Below, in pieces: positions 53,141 through 63,939 of a stretch of 64,000 nucleotides of DNA; position 1 is the first letter of the stretch, and each line of letters opens with the position of its first letter. The DNA is taken from assembly GCA_963735595.1 (NCBI GenBank), contig CAVTLK010000002.1, positions 640,001 through 704,000 of the forward strand. Direction: 5' to 3'. The position numbers were made by a program, and so were the translations under genes. The DNA comes from an uncultured delta proteobacterium. Its GTDB lineage: Bacteria > Desulfobacterota > Zymogenia > Zymogenales > Zymogenaceae. The notes under the pieces are model-generated. The model made no database searches, was not told the DNA's origin, and saw nothing but the letters and a program-made list of their open reading frames with translations.

Positions 53141-54884
53141 ATGCGCGTTATCATCGCAAAGAGCGCCGGTTTCTGCATGGGGGTTAGGCGGGCAATGAGC
53201 AAGGCCTTCCTTACCCTTAAAAAAGAAAGCGGGCAGATCTACACCTATGGGCCGCTCATCCACAACCCGCAGGTCGTCAGGCTCCTGTCCGAGAAGGGAG
53301 TGTCGTCCGTTGCCGGACGTATCGGGTACCGACCGGGGGACGATCGTCATTCGCGCGCACGGGATATCTCCGCAGGAACGCCAGCAGATACGGACGACAC
53401 ACCTGAAGATCGTGGATGCGACCTGTCCCAAGGTCATGAAGATACACGCCGCCGCAAAGAAACACCACAAGCAGGGCTATCTCGTTGTCGTGGTGGGCGA
53501 CAGGGATCATCCCGAGGTCTCGGGGATACTTGGATATACCGAGGGCAAGGGGGTCGTGGTGGCAAACCCCGAGGAGGTCGCCAGCCTGCCGGACGCCGAA
53601 CGCGTCCTTGTGGTGGCGCAAACCACGTTCAGCCAGGAGGTATTCTCGGGCATCCTCGAGTCGATCGCTCGGAGGTATTCGCGGGCCGAGGTCGAGGCGG
53701 TGGACACCCTCTGCGATTCAACGAAGCGGCGCCAGGACGAGGTCAGGGAGCTTTCGGAGCGGGTAGACGCGATGGTGGTGGTCGGCGGCAGGGACAGCGG
53801 CAACACGCGGCGGCTCTACGAGACGGCGTTAAAGAGCGGGGTGCCATCGTTCCAGATAGAAGACGAAACGGAGCTCGACCCCTCCGACTTTGCCCGATTC
53901 AAGACGGTGGGGTTGACCGCCGGCGCCTCCACGCCCAACTGGGTGATCATGCGGGTGTGCGACCGCCTGGCGGATATCGACCGGGAGCGGCGCTCCGGGC
54001 CGGTCGAGGCGATTTCCGACATACTGCGTTTTGTGGTTAACGGTTATCTTTGGGCGGGACTTGCGGCGGGGGGGCTCGCCACCGCCGCGTCGCTCCTGAT
54101 GGGGGTGGCCTCCTTTTTGTGGGTCCCGGTCGTCTCCGGCCTCTACGTCTTCTCGATGCACCTCATAAACCGCGTTATTGATACGGAGGCAACGCGGTTC
54201 AACGACCCCGGCCGAGAGCATCTCTTCACGAGGAGGCGGGGGCTCTTTATAGTAATCGCGGTTGTATCGGCCCTCTGTGCGGTCTTTCTCGGCTGGCGTC
54301 TTTCCGGGCTCGTCGGGATACTGGTGGGGCTCGCCGTCCTCTTAGGACCCGTCTTCACGGCCCAGATCATCCCGCCGGGCTTGCAGCGGCGGCTCGGCTA
54401 CCGGCGGATCAAAGACATACCGGCGTCAAAGACGTTCCTGGTGGCCGCGGCGTGGGCGGCGGTCTCGGCGGGGGTGCCGTATCTCTCCGATATGTCCCGA
54501 ATAGGCCCGGTTACGTTTCTCACCGTTTTCGCTTTTTGTTTCCTGGCCGTCTTTATCCGGGCGTCACTCTATGACATCCGGGATATCCAGGGAGATGCCG
54601 TCGTCGGGAAAGAGACCATTCCCGTTATCATCGGCAAACCCTGGACACAAAGGCTCGTCCTTATCCTGACGGGCGTCATCGCGCTGCTCCTGGTATGGGC
54701 GACGCCGGCCCGGATCGTAACACCTCTCGGGTGGTGGCTCATGGTGGTCCCCGCCTATTGCCTGCTGACCCTCTGGCTCTATCACCGCCGGGTGATCTTC
54801 CAAGGGGTCGCGTTCGAGGCGGTGGTGGACCTTGAGTTTATCCTGGCGGGGGTAATTTCGACGGCCTGGTTTCTGACGACATGA
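53141..54884 (+). CDS. ispH: HMBPP reductase IspH fused to a C-terminal UbiA-type prenyltransferase domain (frameshift near 53300)
   Basis: AGFCMGV, LIHN, DATCPKV, DTLCDST and TAGASTP, then a TM domain with INRVID and YDIRDIQGD..VGKETIP. Confidence 0.9.
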
Positions 54885-55009
54885 ACCTCCTGCTACGGAC
54901 AGACCGGGCGGCTACTTACGTTTATCTAAATTGCGAACGACTCCAACGGAACCGAGACTACGTGGAGCGATGATCCTAATACAATCTGATCGGAAAGCGA
55001 GGTGCAGAA

Positions 55010-55561
55010 ATGGATGTGATGGAAGCAATCAAGACTAGGCGCAGCGTCCGCCGGTTCAAGCCTGACGCAATCCCCGATGAGGTGATGAGCGAGATCCTCG
55101 AGGCGGCCCGATGGTCGCCGTCGTGGGCCAATACGCAATGCTGGGAGTTTATCGTCGTCACGGACCAGGCGACCAGGACCCGGCTTTCCGAGGAGGCGCT
55201 GCCCCAGGGCAATCCCGCCAAGCGCGGCGTGGCCGAAGCGCCGGCCGTGGTCGTGGCGCTGGGCAAGGAAGGAGTCGCCGGATTCTACAAAGACAGACCC
55301 TCCACCGACAAGGGCGACTGGTTCATGTACGACGTAGGTGTCGCGATGCAGAACCTGTGCCTGGCGGGGTGGGGACTGGGGCTCGGCACCGTCCACGTGG
55401 GGCTCATGGACGCGGTCAAGGCCCAGGAGATACTCGGGGTCCCCGCCGGGGTGCGGGTCGTGGCGCTGACCCCGCTCGGGTACCCCAGCGTAGTGGGGGG
55501 CAGCCCGCCCCGGAAGGAAATCAAGGATTTCGTCTGGCACGAGAAGTACGGGGGGAAATAG
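55010..55561 (+). CDS. Nitroreductase family protein
   Basis: RRSVRRF, SPSWANTQCW, NLCLA..GLGLGT and LGYP. Confidence 0.92.
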   Translation: MDVMEAIKTRRSVRRFKPDAIPDEVMSEILEAARWSPSWANTQCWEFIVVTDQATRTRLSEEALPQGNPAKRGVAEAPAVVVALGKEGVAGFYKDRPSTDKGDWFMYDVGVAMQNLCLAGWGLGLGTVHVGLMDAVKAQEILGVPAGVRVVALTPLGYPSVVGGSPPRKEIKDFVWHEKYGGK

Positions 55562-55614
55562 CGGCCGTATCGTTCCAGATGCTGTAATACCAAGGGGCGG
55601 CTCACGGGCCGCCT

Positions 55615-55821
55615 CAGAGGTATTGACAAACCTTCTTTTTCAGTATTAACGCTATTCCTGTCATTGCGAGGAGGCCCCATCGGGGCCGACGTGGCAATCT
55701 CGAACGTCGTAACTACCCGTAATCATGTTAGTAGGTGAATCAGTATCCGAGATCGCTACGGGGCCTGAAGGCCCCTCGCGATGACAGCTCTTTAAAAAAC
55801 GAGACTTTGTCAGCAGTCTGG
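55615..55821. mobile_element. MITE-like hairpin-doublet element (copy F) flanked by a duplicated hairpin
   Basis: Ends CAGAGGTATTGACAAA...TTTGTCAGCAGTCTG, with flanks GGGGCGGCTCACGGGCCGCC and GGGGCGGCCTACGGGCCGCC. Confidence 0.7.
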
Positions 55822-55868
55822 GGCGGCCTACGGGCCGCCCTTTTCATCCCGCCTCACCGCCGTTCCCG

Positions 55869-56900
55869 TCACTTTCCGTCGGTGCCCGTCGATCGCCCGA
55901 TCGGCGGGCTGTCCTGGATAGTGTCCTCAAGCGGTCCGCGGATCTGTATGTCCCAGAGTGCGGGCGAGAAGTCCTGTTTGCCTCTCTTGAAGTACTGGGT
56001 TGCCCGTACCGATCCGTCCGGTAACAGCGTTATGACGTTAAAGTTATGGCCCACTGACCGGGTCCATTCGTCCGGCGGACCGGCCGACGCCCCGCATCCG
56101 AGGACGGCGATCTGGTTCTCCCGCCCCCGATAGTCGAAGTACGCAGCTCGACAGAACTGGGGGTAGTGGCGGTGACCATGCAGCACGAGATCGAATCTCT
56201 CTCTGGTTAGCCGGTCGAGAAACATACCGGCGTTTTCCAGCATCATGAAGGATTCGTCCGCCAGCCGGGGCAGGAAACTGTAGGTTATCGGCATCGGGTG
56301 ATGATGAAGAGCGGCGATCTTAAGTGATACTCGACGGTCTTCACGTTCCGGGTATGGCAGTGTCTTCTCGATCCATTCCGAGAAATCTTGCAGGTCGCGC
56401 TCAATAATGAGGCCGTGCGACATGAAGCGGATAAGCTGAACGAACTTCCTCCAGAATCCCCCCGTGGGCTCGTACAGTTGATTCGAGTCAAAGGCCGCGA
56501 TCATCACGGGGCTGTCGGGTGACGCGTAATTGCCGCGTTCCTCGGGCGTGAACGCCCTGTAGAACTTACCGGTTCGTCTCAGTCCGTACGTCCCCTTATA
56601 GAAGAGGTCATGGTTTCCCGGCACGACGCGCAGCATCGGCGTAAAACCGTAGTACTTTTCGACAACCTTCAGCGCGCTCCTGATCATCGTGGCCGGGATA
56701 GTAGGATCGTCCATCGGACCTTCGGCGATATCGCCGGTTACAATGACAAACCGGGGGCCTATATCAACAATATGCCCCATGACCTCGGCAAGAAGACCCA
56801 GGTTATCCCCGTTATAGTGCAGATCTGAAAGGTGGACGATCCGTATTACTTCCGGATTCGTCTCGTGTTGTTTTTCCGCCGGGAAATCGATAAACTGCAT
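55869..56900 (-). CDS. Metallophosphoesterase (calcineurin-like)
   Basis: HLSDLH, TGD, PGNHD, HHHP and LHGHRH. Confidence 0.9.
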   Translation of the reverse strand: MQFIDFPAEKQHETNPEVIRIVHLSDLHYNGDNLGLLAEVMGHIVDIGPRFVIVTGDIAEGPMDDPTIPATMIRSALKVVEKYYGFTPMLRVVPGNHDLFYKGTYGLRRTGKFYRAFTPEERGNYASPDSPVMIAAFDSNQLYEPTGGFWRKFVQLIRFMSHGLIIERDLQDFSEWIEKTLPYPEREDRRVSLKIAALHHHPMPITYSFLPRLADESFMMLENAGMFLDRLTRERFDLVLHGHRHYPQFCRAAYFDYRGRENQIAVLGCGASAGPPDEWTRSVGHNFNVITLLPDGSVRATQYFKRGKQDFSPALWDIQIRGPLEDTIQDSPPIGRSTGTDGK

Positions 56901-56941
56901 ACGTGTTCTTACTCCAATATACGGTGCCGCTTCGCCCCGGA

Positions 56942-58120
56942 CTACCGCTGCGACACGATCGGGTGGAGCGGCTTGCCGTCGTTTCCGTCGTGTCCCGAAT
57001 ACGGGGAGCTAAAATCATAGTAGTGTTTCGGATGGGGGAGGTACCCCTCGATCACACGCTCGTACAGCATGCGTACGTTGTCTGATGAGCCGCTCATCGC
57101 GGGGAATCCCTTCATGGCCTGAGCATCGGCGGTGTCCGCGACGAGGTCAAGCCTTCGCTGTGCGACTGAATGGACCCACCCCATCTCTTCGTAGTAGTCC
57201 GAGAGGTACTCCTGTTCCGTTTGGCCGGGAGTCGGGATAAAGAGGATACCCTTTTTCCCCAGCTCGGCAAGCTCCATGACGGTCGTGTAGCCGCTGCGCG
57301 TGATGATGAACTTCGCTCGGTTCATGAGCGTTGCCATCTCGTCCCTTTGCGCGTGGGACTTCACGATTGTCTCGCCGTCGAGCCGTTCCTCGGGTTCGGC
57401 CCCCGGGTCGCCCAGCAGAATGAACTTCCTTCCCGAAAGCCCGCCGATCTGACCCATTATCACCTCTCTCAGCGCGTCCTTTGTCACCTTCGGTCCGGCA
57501 ATACTCACGAGGTAATCTATATCCTGGGGGACGTCCTGCCTCCGTATATCCGTGATTATTCCCGCCCAGTATGCCTTTCTTCTGGTAACCGGCCTTTGCG
57601 CATGCCCGAGTTTTCCGGAGAGTGACCGGGGGCCGGGCGGATTGTCGGGGATGATCACCCGCTCGAAATTTCGATGGTAGCGGCCGTTGAAGACCTCCAT
57701 CATCCGCTCGATTGACTCGATGTTGCCCGGTGTCGAAAAGCGAATCTGGTGTGAGATGAACAGGCCGGGTACGTCTTTGGCGTAGGCTCCGAAACGGTTA
57801 TCGCTGATGACCAGGTTGTATCCCTCGCGCCTGATAATGCGGGAGATCGTGCGGTGCTCGCGCGCTATCTCCCTGACTATGAGGGGAAAGAGCCCCAGGA
57901 CTCTTGGTATCGAAAATCCGCCGCTCGTGTAGGGCGAGGGGTAATCCGGGACGTCATAAAATTTGAGATCGGCAAATTCACGCGAGAGAAGCTCCAGCGC
58001 GGCGCCGGTCGCAGCCACTCCCACCGTATGGCCGCGATCAAGGAGGTCTGCAATGATCGCAACGTCCCTCGTGGCGTGGCCGAGCCCCCATGAAAGCGGG
58101 CTGATAAGTATCTTTGCCAT
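56942..58120 (-). CDS. Glycosyltransferase (GT-B, family 28-like)
   Basis: WGLGHATR, ISDNR, RSGYTTVME and IPTPGQTEQEY. Confidence 0.88.
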   Translation of the reverse strand: MAKILISPLSWGLGHATRDVAIIADLLDRGHTVGVAATGAALELLSREFADLKFYDVPDYPSPYTSGGFSIPRVLGLFPLIVREIAREHRTISRIIRREGYNLVISDNRFGAYAKDVPGLFISHQIRFSTPGNIESIERMMEVFNGRYHRNFERVIIPDNPPGPRSLSGKLGHAQRPVTRRKAYWAGIITDIRRQDVPQDIDYLVSIAGPKVTKDALREVIMGQIGGLSGRKFILLGDPGAEPEERLDGETIVKSHAQRDEMATLMNRAKFIITRSGYTTVMELAELGKKGILFIPTPGQTEQEYLSDYYEEMGWVHSVAQRRLDLVADTADAQAMKGFPAMSGSSDNVRMLYERVIEGYLPHPKHYYDFSSPYSGHDGNDGKPLHPIVSQR

Positions 58121-58467
58121 TATTGTTTTCCCTTTTAATCTTATTCGAGGGTTCGCGTACCGTCCTTACGGTACTGCTTACCTATAGTAATAGTATACCG
58201 CGTCTGTATACAACGGATGTACGAACGGTGATTTTTTAGTAAATTACTTACTGTGCAGGGATTTAAAAAGGAAATGGCAGAAGGAGGAGAAAAGAATACC
58301 GAATCAACTAAGTACGATTGAAGGACCGATAGGCAGCAATGTCGGCCGTAAAAGTCAAGCGGACAAGAGGGATGGATTTGCGGTGCCCGTTAATACCAAC
58401 CGGTATCCGTCTGTGTCGCTCCATACGTTTCATCCGGCTCCCGCATACCCGAATATCGGGCGAACAA

Positions 58468-59723
58468 CTACTTCGACCCTTTCCTTTCCAGCAGCATCTC
58501 CATGAAGGCGTCCACCCTGGTCTCGAACTGGGCGGTCGAGAAGTTGCGGGCGTCCATGTGGTCGGCGTCGATGACCACCGACGGCACGCCCAGCTCGCGC
58601 TCGAGCGCCCGCTTGATGTCCATCTGCCCCAGCGTGATGGGAGCGCAGGACTTGTTGGAATGAAGGATGGCGCCGTCGATCTTGTAGTCGCGGCACGCCT
58701 TGACGACCATTTCTTTTCTCCGCTGCATCGAGACGCAGGAGACCAGGGGGTAGGACATGAGGGACTTTACGGCCAGGGCCTCGACCGGTTTATCGACGTC
58801 CAGCCGTATCGACCAGGCCGCCGAGTAGGTCTCGGCCACCACGACGCCCCCCATCTTCTCGAAGTAGTTGAATATCCCCATATTGTACCAGAGGGGGATG
58901 TTGTCCCAGAAGAGGCGCAGCTTTTCTTCCTCGATCATCCCGATTCCCTGCTCGGCGCGCTCCCTGACCTCGTCTCGCACCTTGGTGAGGAAATCGACGG
59001 CGATCTGGGTTCCCTGCCGGGTGACCATGACGAACATGACCCCGATCTCGGCCGCCGAGATCGGGGTGGGGACATGCCGGCGGAAGGTCATGATCTCGTC
59101 CCAGAGGGCGCAGGCCTCGGTCGGAGAGACGGACCGTCTCCGCGAGCCGATCCATAGTCCAGCTTCCTGCCGGTCGTTTCCGTCACGAACTCGATGACCC
59201 GCTCGATCTCGCTGGTGGCATAATCTATGTGGTAGCGGCGGATCTTCTCCACCGGGACCTGGGGGAGATCGGCGTGAAAGACCTTCGCGTTAGGGAACCG
59301 GCGCGCAATGAGCTGGAGTATCTTCTGCGCCGGCACGCACCCCCCGCCGGCGGTAAACACCATATCGGGCTCCGGCAGACCCCCCAGGGGGATGCCGTCG
59401 GCACCCATGAAGCCGTGTATATAGCCGACGATGTTGCGCAGGTAGCCGCAGAGGTCCTGGGAGTATCCCATCGATTCGGACAGACCGCAAAGTCGCCCTC
59501 GGTCAGCCCGAAGGCGGCGCACACCGGCGACCAGTTTTCCGGAAAGACCGGCATGAGGTCCATGGCGTAGAAGATCTCGATGAGGCCGTTCATCGGCGGC
59601 ATCCAGCCGACGGGGATACCGCTTCGTTTCGCCTCGTGCCCCTCGAGATAAAAATCGGCGACGACCTGCCTCAGCTCCTTCGCCGTGGCAAGACGCTTAT
59701 GTGATTTCTGAGTCTTATCCCAT
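58468..59723 (-). CDS. 2-hydroxyacyl-CoA dehydratase subunit (HgdA-like), frameshifted
   Basis: FPENW, GYSQDLCGY, HSNKSC and DADHMD.RNFS..QFETRVDAF.E. Confidence 0.85.
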
Positions 59724-59724
59724 G

Positions 59725-60882
59725 CTATGCCCCGATCATTTCGAAGAATCCCTCAAGACGGGTCGTGAGCTGGCCCTCGTTTATACCGGTTTCCTCCATC
59801 TCCACCAGGAGCATGGGGATCTCGGAGGCCTTGAGGTCCTCACGGAGGGCCGGATAGTCGGCCAGGTGAGGCGTACAGAACTTCTGAAAGAAGAAGACGA
59901 TCCCCCGCGCCCCCGACCGCTCGATGAGCCCCTTGATGGGATCGGTGCGCTCCCCCACGACCGACCGGGCGGGACAGGGGAACCGGCGCTGATAGCGGTC
60001 GATGAGTCGGTCCATCGGGGTGGGGCCCGAACCGTCGGCGGGTTCAATAAAGCGGTATCCGGTGCACAGGTCGTCGGCGGCGGTCCTGCCGCCCGCCTTC
60101 TCGACGACGTCGAAGATCCGCATATCCTCGATGAGGCTTCCCGAGATGAGTATCGGGATGCCCGGACGGCTCGAGGTATTGCCCTCCCGGGCCGACTTAA
60201 CGAGCGCCGTCACGAGCGGGAGGGATTCTTCGGGCGGCAGGCAGAGGCAGGCCTCAAGGACGGTATAAAACTCCCGGCCGGACAGCGCCAGCCGATTATC
60301 GTACCGAAGCTCGTAGAGCTCGCGCAGCGACGCGCGGATCTCCCCGAACAGATCTAATGAGCGCGCGAGGGATAAATCGTCGACGGTCCCGCCGGCCGCT
60401 GTAAGCCCCTCGGCGAGCTCACGCATCGTCTCGCGGAAGAACTCGGTCGCAGGTGCGTTGGTATGATAGGGCAGGGGAATGGTCTGAAAGAACTCGGCGG
60501 GGACGTTTTCCTCCCAGATGTTGATCATCCCGCAGGCGGCATCGCACGTATAAGCGGTGATGACGCCCGCGAGGTAGTCGTACCGGCCGTTCAACGCGTG
60601 TTCCAGGCTGGCGCGGAGGTAGGGACAGACGAAGCTCGGGACAAGCGTATTGGCCTTCTCTATCCTGGTGGAGCCGCCGGATACCCGCACGGGAACGAAA
60701 CCCGCGGCGTGGATCATCTCGACCGGGGTATAGGTGCAAAACCACCCGAAGATCTTCGTGGTCTGTCTCAGCCGCCTGAGACGCTCTGTTCGGTTGGTGA
60801 CCGCTTCCTGAAAGGGAGATATATCAATCGGTAACGTGGCAATCGGTGACGTGGCAATCGGTGACGTGGCGATCGGCGACAT
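59725..60882 (-). CDS. 2-hydroxyacyl-CoA dehydratase subunit (HgdB-like)
   Basis: GWFCTYTPVEMIHAAG, VCPY, TCD, DDLCTG, KFCTPH and GQLTTRLEGF.E. Confidence 0.88.
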   Translation of the reverse strand: MSPIATSPIATSPIATLPIDISPFQEAVTNRTERLRRLRQTTKIFGWFCTYTPVEMIHAAGFVPVRVSGGSTRIEKANTLVPSFVCPYLRASLEHALNGRYDYLAGVITAYTCDAACGMINIWEENVPAEFFQTIPLPYHTNAPATEFFRETMRELAEGLTAAGGTVDDLSLARSLDLFGEIRASLRELYELRYDNRLALSGREFYTVLEACLCLPPEESLPLVTALVKSAREGNTSSRPGIPILISGSLIEDMRIFDVVEKAGGRTAADDLCTGYRFIEPADGSGPTPMDRLIDRYQRRFPCPARSVVGERTDPIKGLIERSGARGIVFFFQKFCTPHLADYPALREDLKASEIPMLLVEMEETGINEGQLTTRLEGFFEMIGA

Positions 60883-61056
60883 GGCAACTCCCTCAAGTGT
60901 GGTGGAGGGTTTGGGCCGGCGACTCAGCCGCATCAGAATACCGGCAATACGTGGGCGGTGTCAAGACAAATAGATCACGTCACTTAGGACTTGATTTTAT
61001 CGCGTTTTTTTCTTATTATCAAATGGAAGGGTCTTAGTAAAAAAGGAAAGGAAACA

Positions 61057-62051
61057 ATGCCCGCAAACCTCACGCCCGAATACCGCGAAAACGAACGGAA
61101 GTTCCGCGAAGCCAAAGACCCCGAGGAAAAGCTGCGCTACCTTGAGCTGATGCTTGCAACCATCCCAAAGCATAAGGGTACCGACCACATGCAGGGGGAT
61201 ATCAAACGCCGTATCTCTCAAACCAAGGCGGCCCTCGAAAAGAAATCCGGCCTCAAGCGCTTTAATCCTTTCAAGGTCGAGCGCGAGGGGATCGGCCAGT
61301 TTGCCGTCGTCGGCGCCGTTAATGTCGGCAAGTCCGCGCTCGTCGGCAAACTGACCAACGCCAGGACCACGGTGGCCGATTACGCGTTTGCCACCACCAA
61401 GCCCGTTCCCGGCATGATGTCCTTTGAGAACGTCCAGATCCAGATCGTCGACCTTCCGCCGGTTCCGGAGGAGTTTACCGAGCCGGCCATGGTGGGGATG
61501 ATCAGAAATACCGACGGGGTGATCCTCGTCTGTGATCTTACGTCGCCCGATCCGGCGGCCCAGATCGAGGGCGTCAGAGAGACTACTCCTCAAATACAAG
61601 GCCGAGTTGTGCCCCCGTCCCGAGGAGAAGTACACGCTCGACGGCTTCGCCCACCTGCAGGCCTTTGTTGTCGGCAATAAGCTGGAGACCGCGGCGGCCG
61701 AACAAAACCTGAAGGCCGTCACCGACCTCTACGGGGCCGATTTCCCGGTCATCGGGGTCTCGGTAGAGCGGGGGGTCGGCCTGGAGGAGGTCAGGCGCAC
61801 GGCCTTCGAGATGCTTGACATGATCCGGGCATATACCAAGTCGCCGGGCAAGAAACCCGACTTCGACGAGCCGGTGGTCCTGAAACGGGGGGCAACGGTG
61901 ATTGACTTTCGCGGCGACTATCCACAAGGACTTCGCGAAGTCGCTGAAGTTCGCCCGTATCTGGTCAACGGATCCCGATAAATTCGAGGGGCAGAAGGTA
62001 AACCGGGAAGATGTCCTCTACGACGGCGATGTCATCGAGCTGCATCTATAG
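61057..62051 (+). CDS. OBG/DRG-like GTPase with TGS domain, frameshifted
   Basis: PKHKGT, G1 GAVNVGKS, YAFAT, DLP, NKLE and TGS IHKDF...GQKV...DGDVIELH. Confidence 0.88.
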
Positions 62052-62215
62052 CCACGTCGGGGGCCACGTCGGGGGCCGTTCGGCAGAGAGGCGAAGGCAT
62101 GAATATATCGCCGGTGGGCAGTCCGTTCTTCCGCGCCGTCGGGAAACGGTAGGAATTGTATTCGATCGAAAATGGATAGAATAAACGTACTGAATTAACT
62201 ATAGTCGAGGTTACC

Positions 62216-62668
62216 ATGACACAGCAATGCGAGATCCCGGCTGGAAATCCCGACAGCGCCGAGATCGACGAGATACTCAAAACGGTCACAACGATCGCGG
62301 TGGTGGGCCTCTCTCCAAAGGAGGATCGGCCGAGCTACCGGGTCGGCGCGTACCTGCAGGCCCAGGGCTACCGGATCGTTCCGGTCACGCCGGCAGCGGA
62401 AGAGATCCTCGGTGAGCGCGCGTACGGCGACATCGCCGGGATTCCCGCCGAGATCAGGATCGACATGGTCGATATATTCCGGCGGGCCGAAGACGTCGTG
62501 CCGGTCGTCGAGGCGGCCATCGCCCGGGGCGACGCACGGGTCATCTGGATGCAGGAGGGCATCGTAAACAACGAGGCGCGGGAACTGGCGCTCTCGAAGG
62601 GTCTTCGGGTTGTTATGGACAGGTGCGCCATGAAGGAGCACCGGAGGATGCGGGAGGAAGCCACATGA
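62216..62668 (+). CDS. CoA-binding protein (YccU-like)
   Basis: IAVVGLS.K.DRPS, VDIFR, WMQEG and MDRC. Confidence 0.92.
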   Translation: MTQQCEIPAGNPDSAEIDEILKTVTTIAVVGLSPKEDRPSYRVGAYLQAQGYRIVPVTPAAEEILGERAYGDIAGIPAEIRIDMVDIFRRAEDVVPVVEAAIARGDARVIWMQEGIVNNEARELALSKGLRVVMDRCAMKEHRRMREEAT

Positions 62669-63108
62669 AGGGAACTTCGCTCAGGGCCGTCGTTGCGATG
62701 GCGGTGCTTGCCATTGGCATCTACTTTTTCGTGATCAAACCCCAGGAAGAGCCAAAAGATACCCCGGCCGTCACAGAGACCAGGATCTGGCCCGACAAGG
62801 TGGACGCCATCGCGAAGATGAAGACGACGATGTACGCCATCATCGGGGCCGAGAGGAACCGAAAGGCCCTCGGGGGGTCGTATCTCCCCTGCGCTCCGAA
62901 CCCGGCCGAGGTGCCGGATACACGGATCACCTGGAAAATGAGTGACGCAGAAGGCTGGAAAGAGCTTGACGTGGCAATGCCCAGGGAGTCCTGGTTCCAG
63001 TATGAGGTCGTGGTAACGGGGGACGATACGTTTGACGTCTACGCCCGAACGCTGGCCGAAGGGACGCCGCTGGAGTTTGTCATCGATCAGGATATGAATT
63101 TCCGCTGA
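62665..63108 (+). CDS. Hypothetical exported/membrane-anchored protein
   Basis: N-terminal hydrophobic segment, overlapping the upstream stop (ATGA). Confidence 0.7.
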   Translation: MKGTSLRAVVAMAVLAIGIYFFVIKPQEEPKDTPAVTETRIWPDKVDAIAKMKTTMYAIIGAERNRKALGGSYLPCAPNPAEVPDTRITWKMSDAEGWKELDVAMPRESWFQYEVVVTGDDTFDVYARTLAEGTPLEFVIDQDMNFR

Positions 63109-63189
63109 TCCGATTGCCGATTTTCGGACTATGGTGATGAACTGAGAAGGTAACACGCCCTTTTTGCACGAACGGGCGCACGGCGGCGA

Positions 63190-63939
63190 TCATATATACG
63201 ATATCTTGTGGTTTCTTTCTCCCAGCGTCCGCTTTCTGATGCTCGTGGATTTATCCACGTATTCCTCGATATACTTCCGATCCTCCAGGTCAAGGTTGAG
63301 AAACTCGAGGGCCATCCCGGAAAACAGACCGAGCTTTTCCCGCTCCTTTACCGTGACAACTTTCGTAATCCGCGCCTCAGCATGTATATCCCGCCTCGGG
63401 ATCGGGACGGTGAAGTGGATGGTGTAGGTCTGGTTGGCCGGCAGGGGGTCGTCGGTTTCGACAAATATGCCGGTCACGGAAATATCAACGCTGTCGTATC
63501 TTTTTACGTCGCCCACGTACCGCAGGTACACCTCGGTTCTCAGGAGCGCCCTGGGGTAATAGAGGGAGCCGCGGACCTTGAGGAGCTTGCCTACGGCCCG
63601 GATGAACTCCGCATGGTCGATGGGTTTGGTCAGGTAGTGGTCGGCGCCCGCCGCCAGGCAGTTTACGCGGGTGTCTCCCTGGTGATCGCTGGAGACGATC
63701 ATGATGGGGATGTCTTTAAAGCGGGGATCTCCCTTGATGATCTCGCAGGCCTTGTCCCCGGTGAGGTCGGGCAAGTTATAGTCCATGAGCACCAGCTGCG
63801 GCTTTTCTTTTTTTATGACCTTGAGGGCCTCGAGGCCCGAGCGGGCCGTGAGGATGTCGCAGTCTATACGGTCCAGCATCTCCTGCTGCACGTCACGAAA
63901 AAACTTGACGTCATCTACGATAAGGATCTTGTTTTTCAT
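63190..63939 (-). CDS. Response regulator receiver-PilZ domain protein
   Basis: ILIVDD, LMDYNLP, YLTKP and PilZ-like DISVTG. Confidence 0.88.
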   Translation of the reverse strand: MKNKILIVDDVKFFRDVQQEMLDRIDCDILTARSGLEALKVIKKEKPQLVLMDYNLPDLTGDKACEIIKGDPRFKDIPIMIVSSDHQGDTRVNCLAAGADHYLTKPIDHAEFIRAVGKLLKVRGSLYYPRALLRTEVYLRYVGDVKRYDSVDISVTGIFVETDDPLPANQTYTIHFTVPIPRRDIHAEARITKVVTVKEREKLGLFSGMALEFLNLDLEDRKYIEEYVDKSTSIRKRTLGERNHKISYI

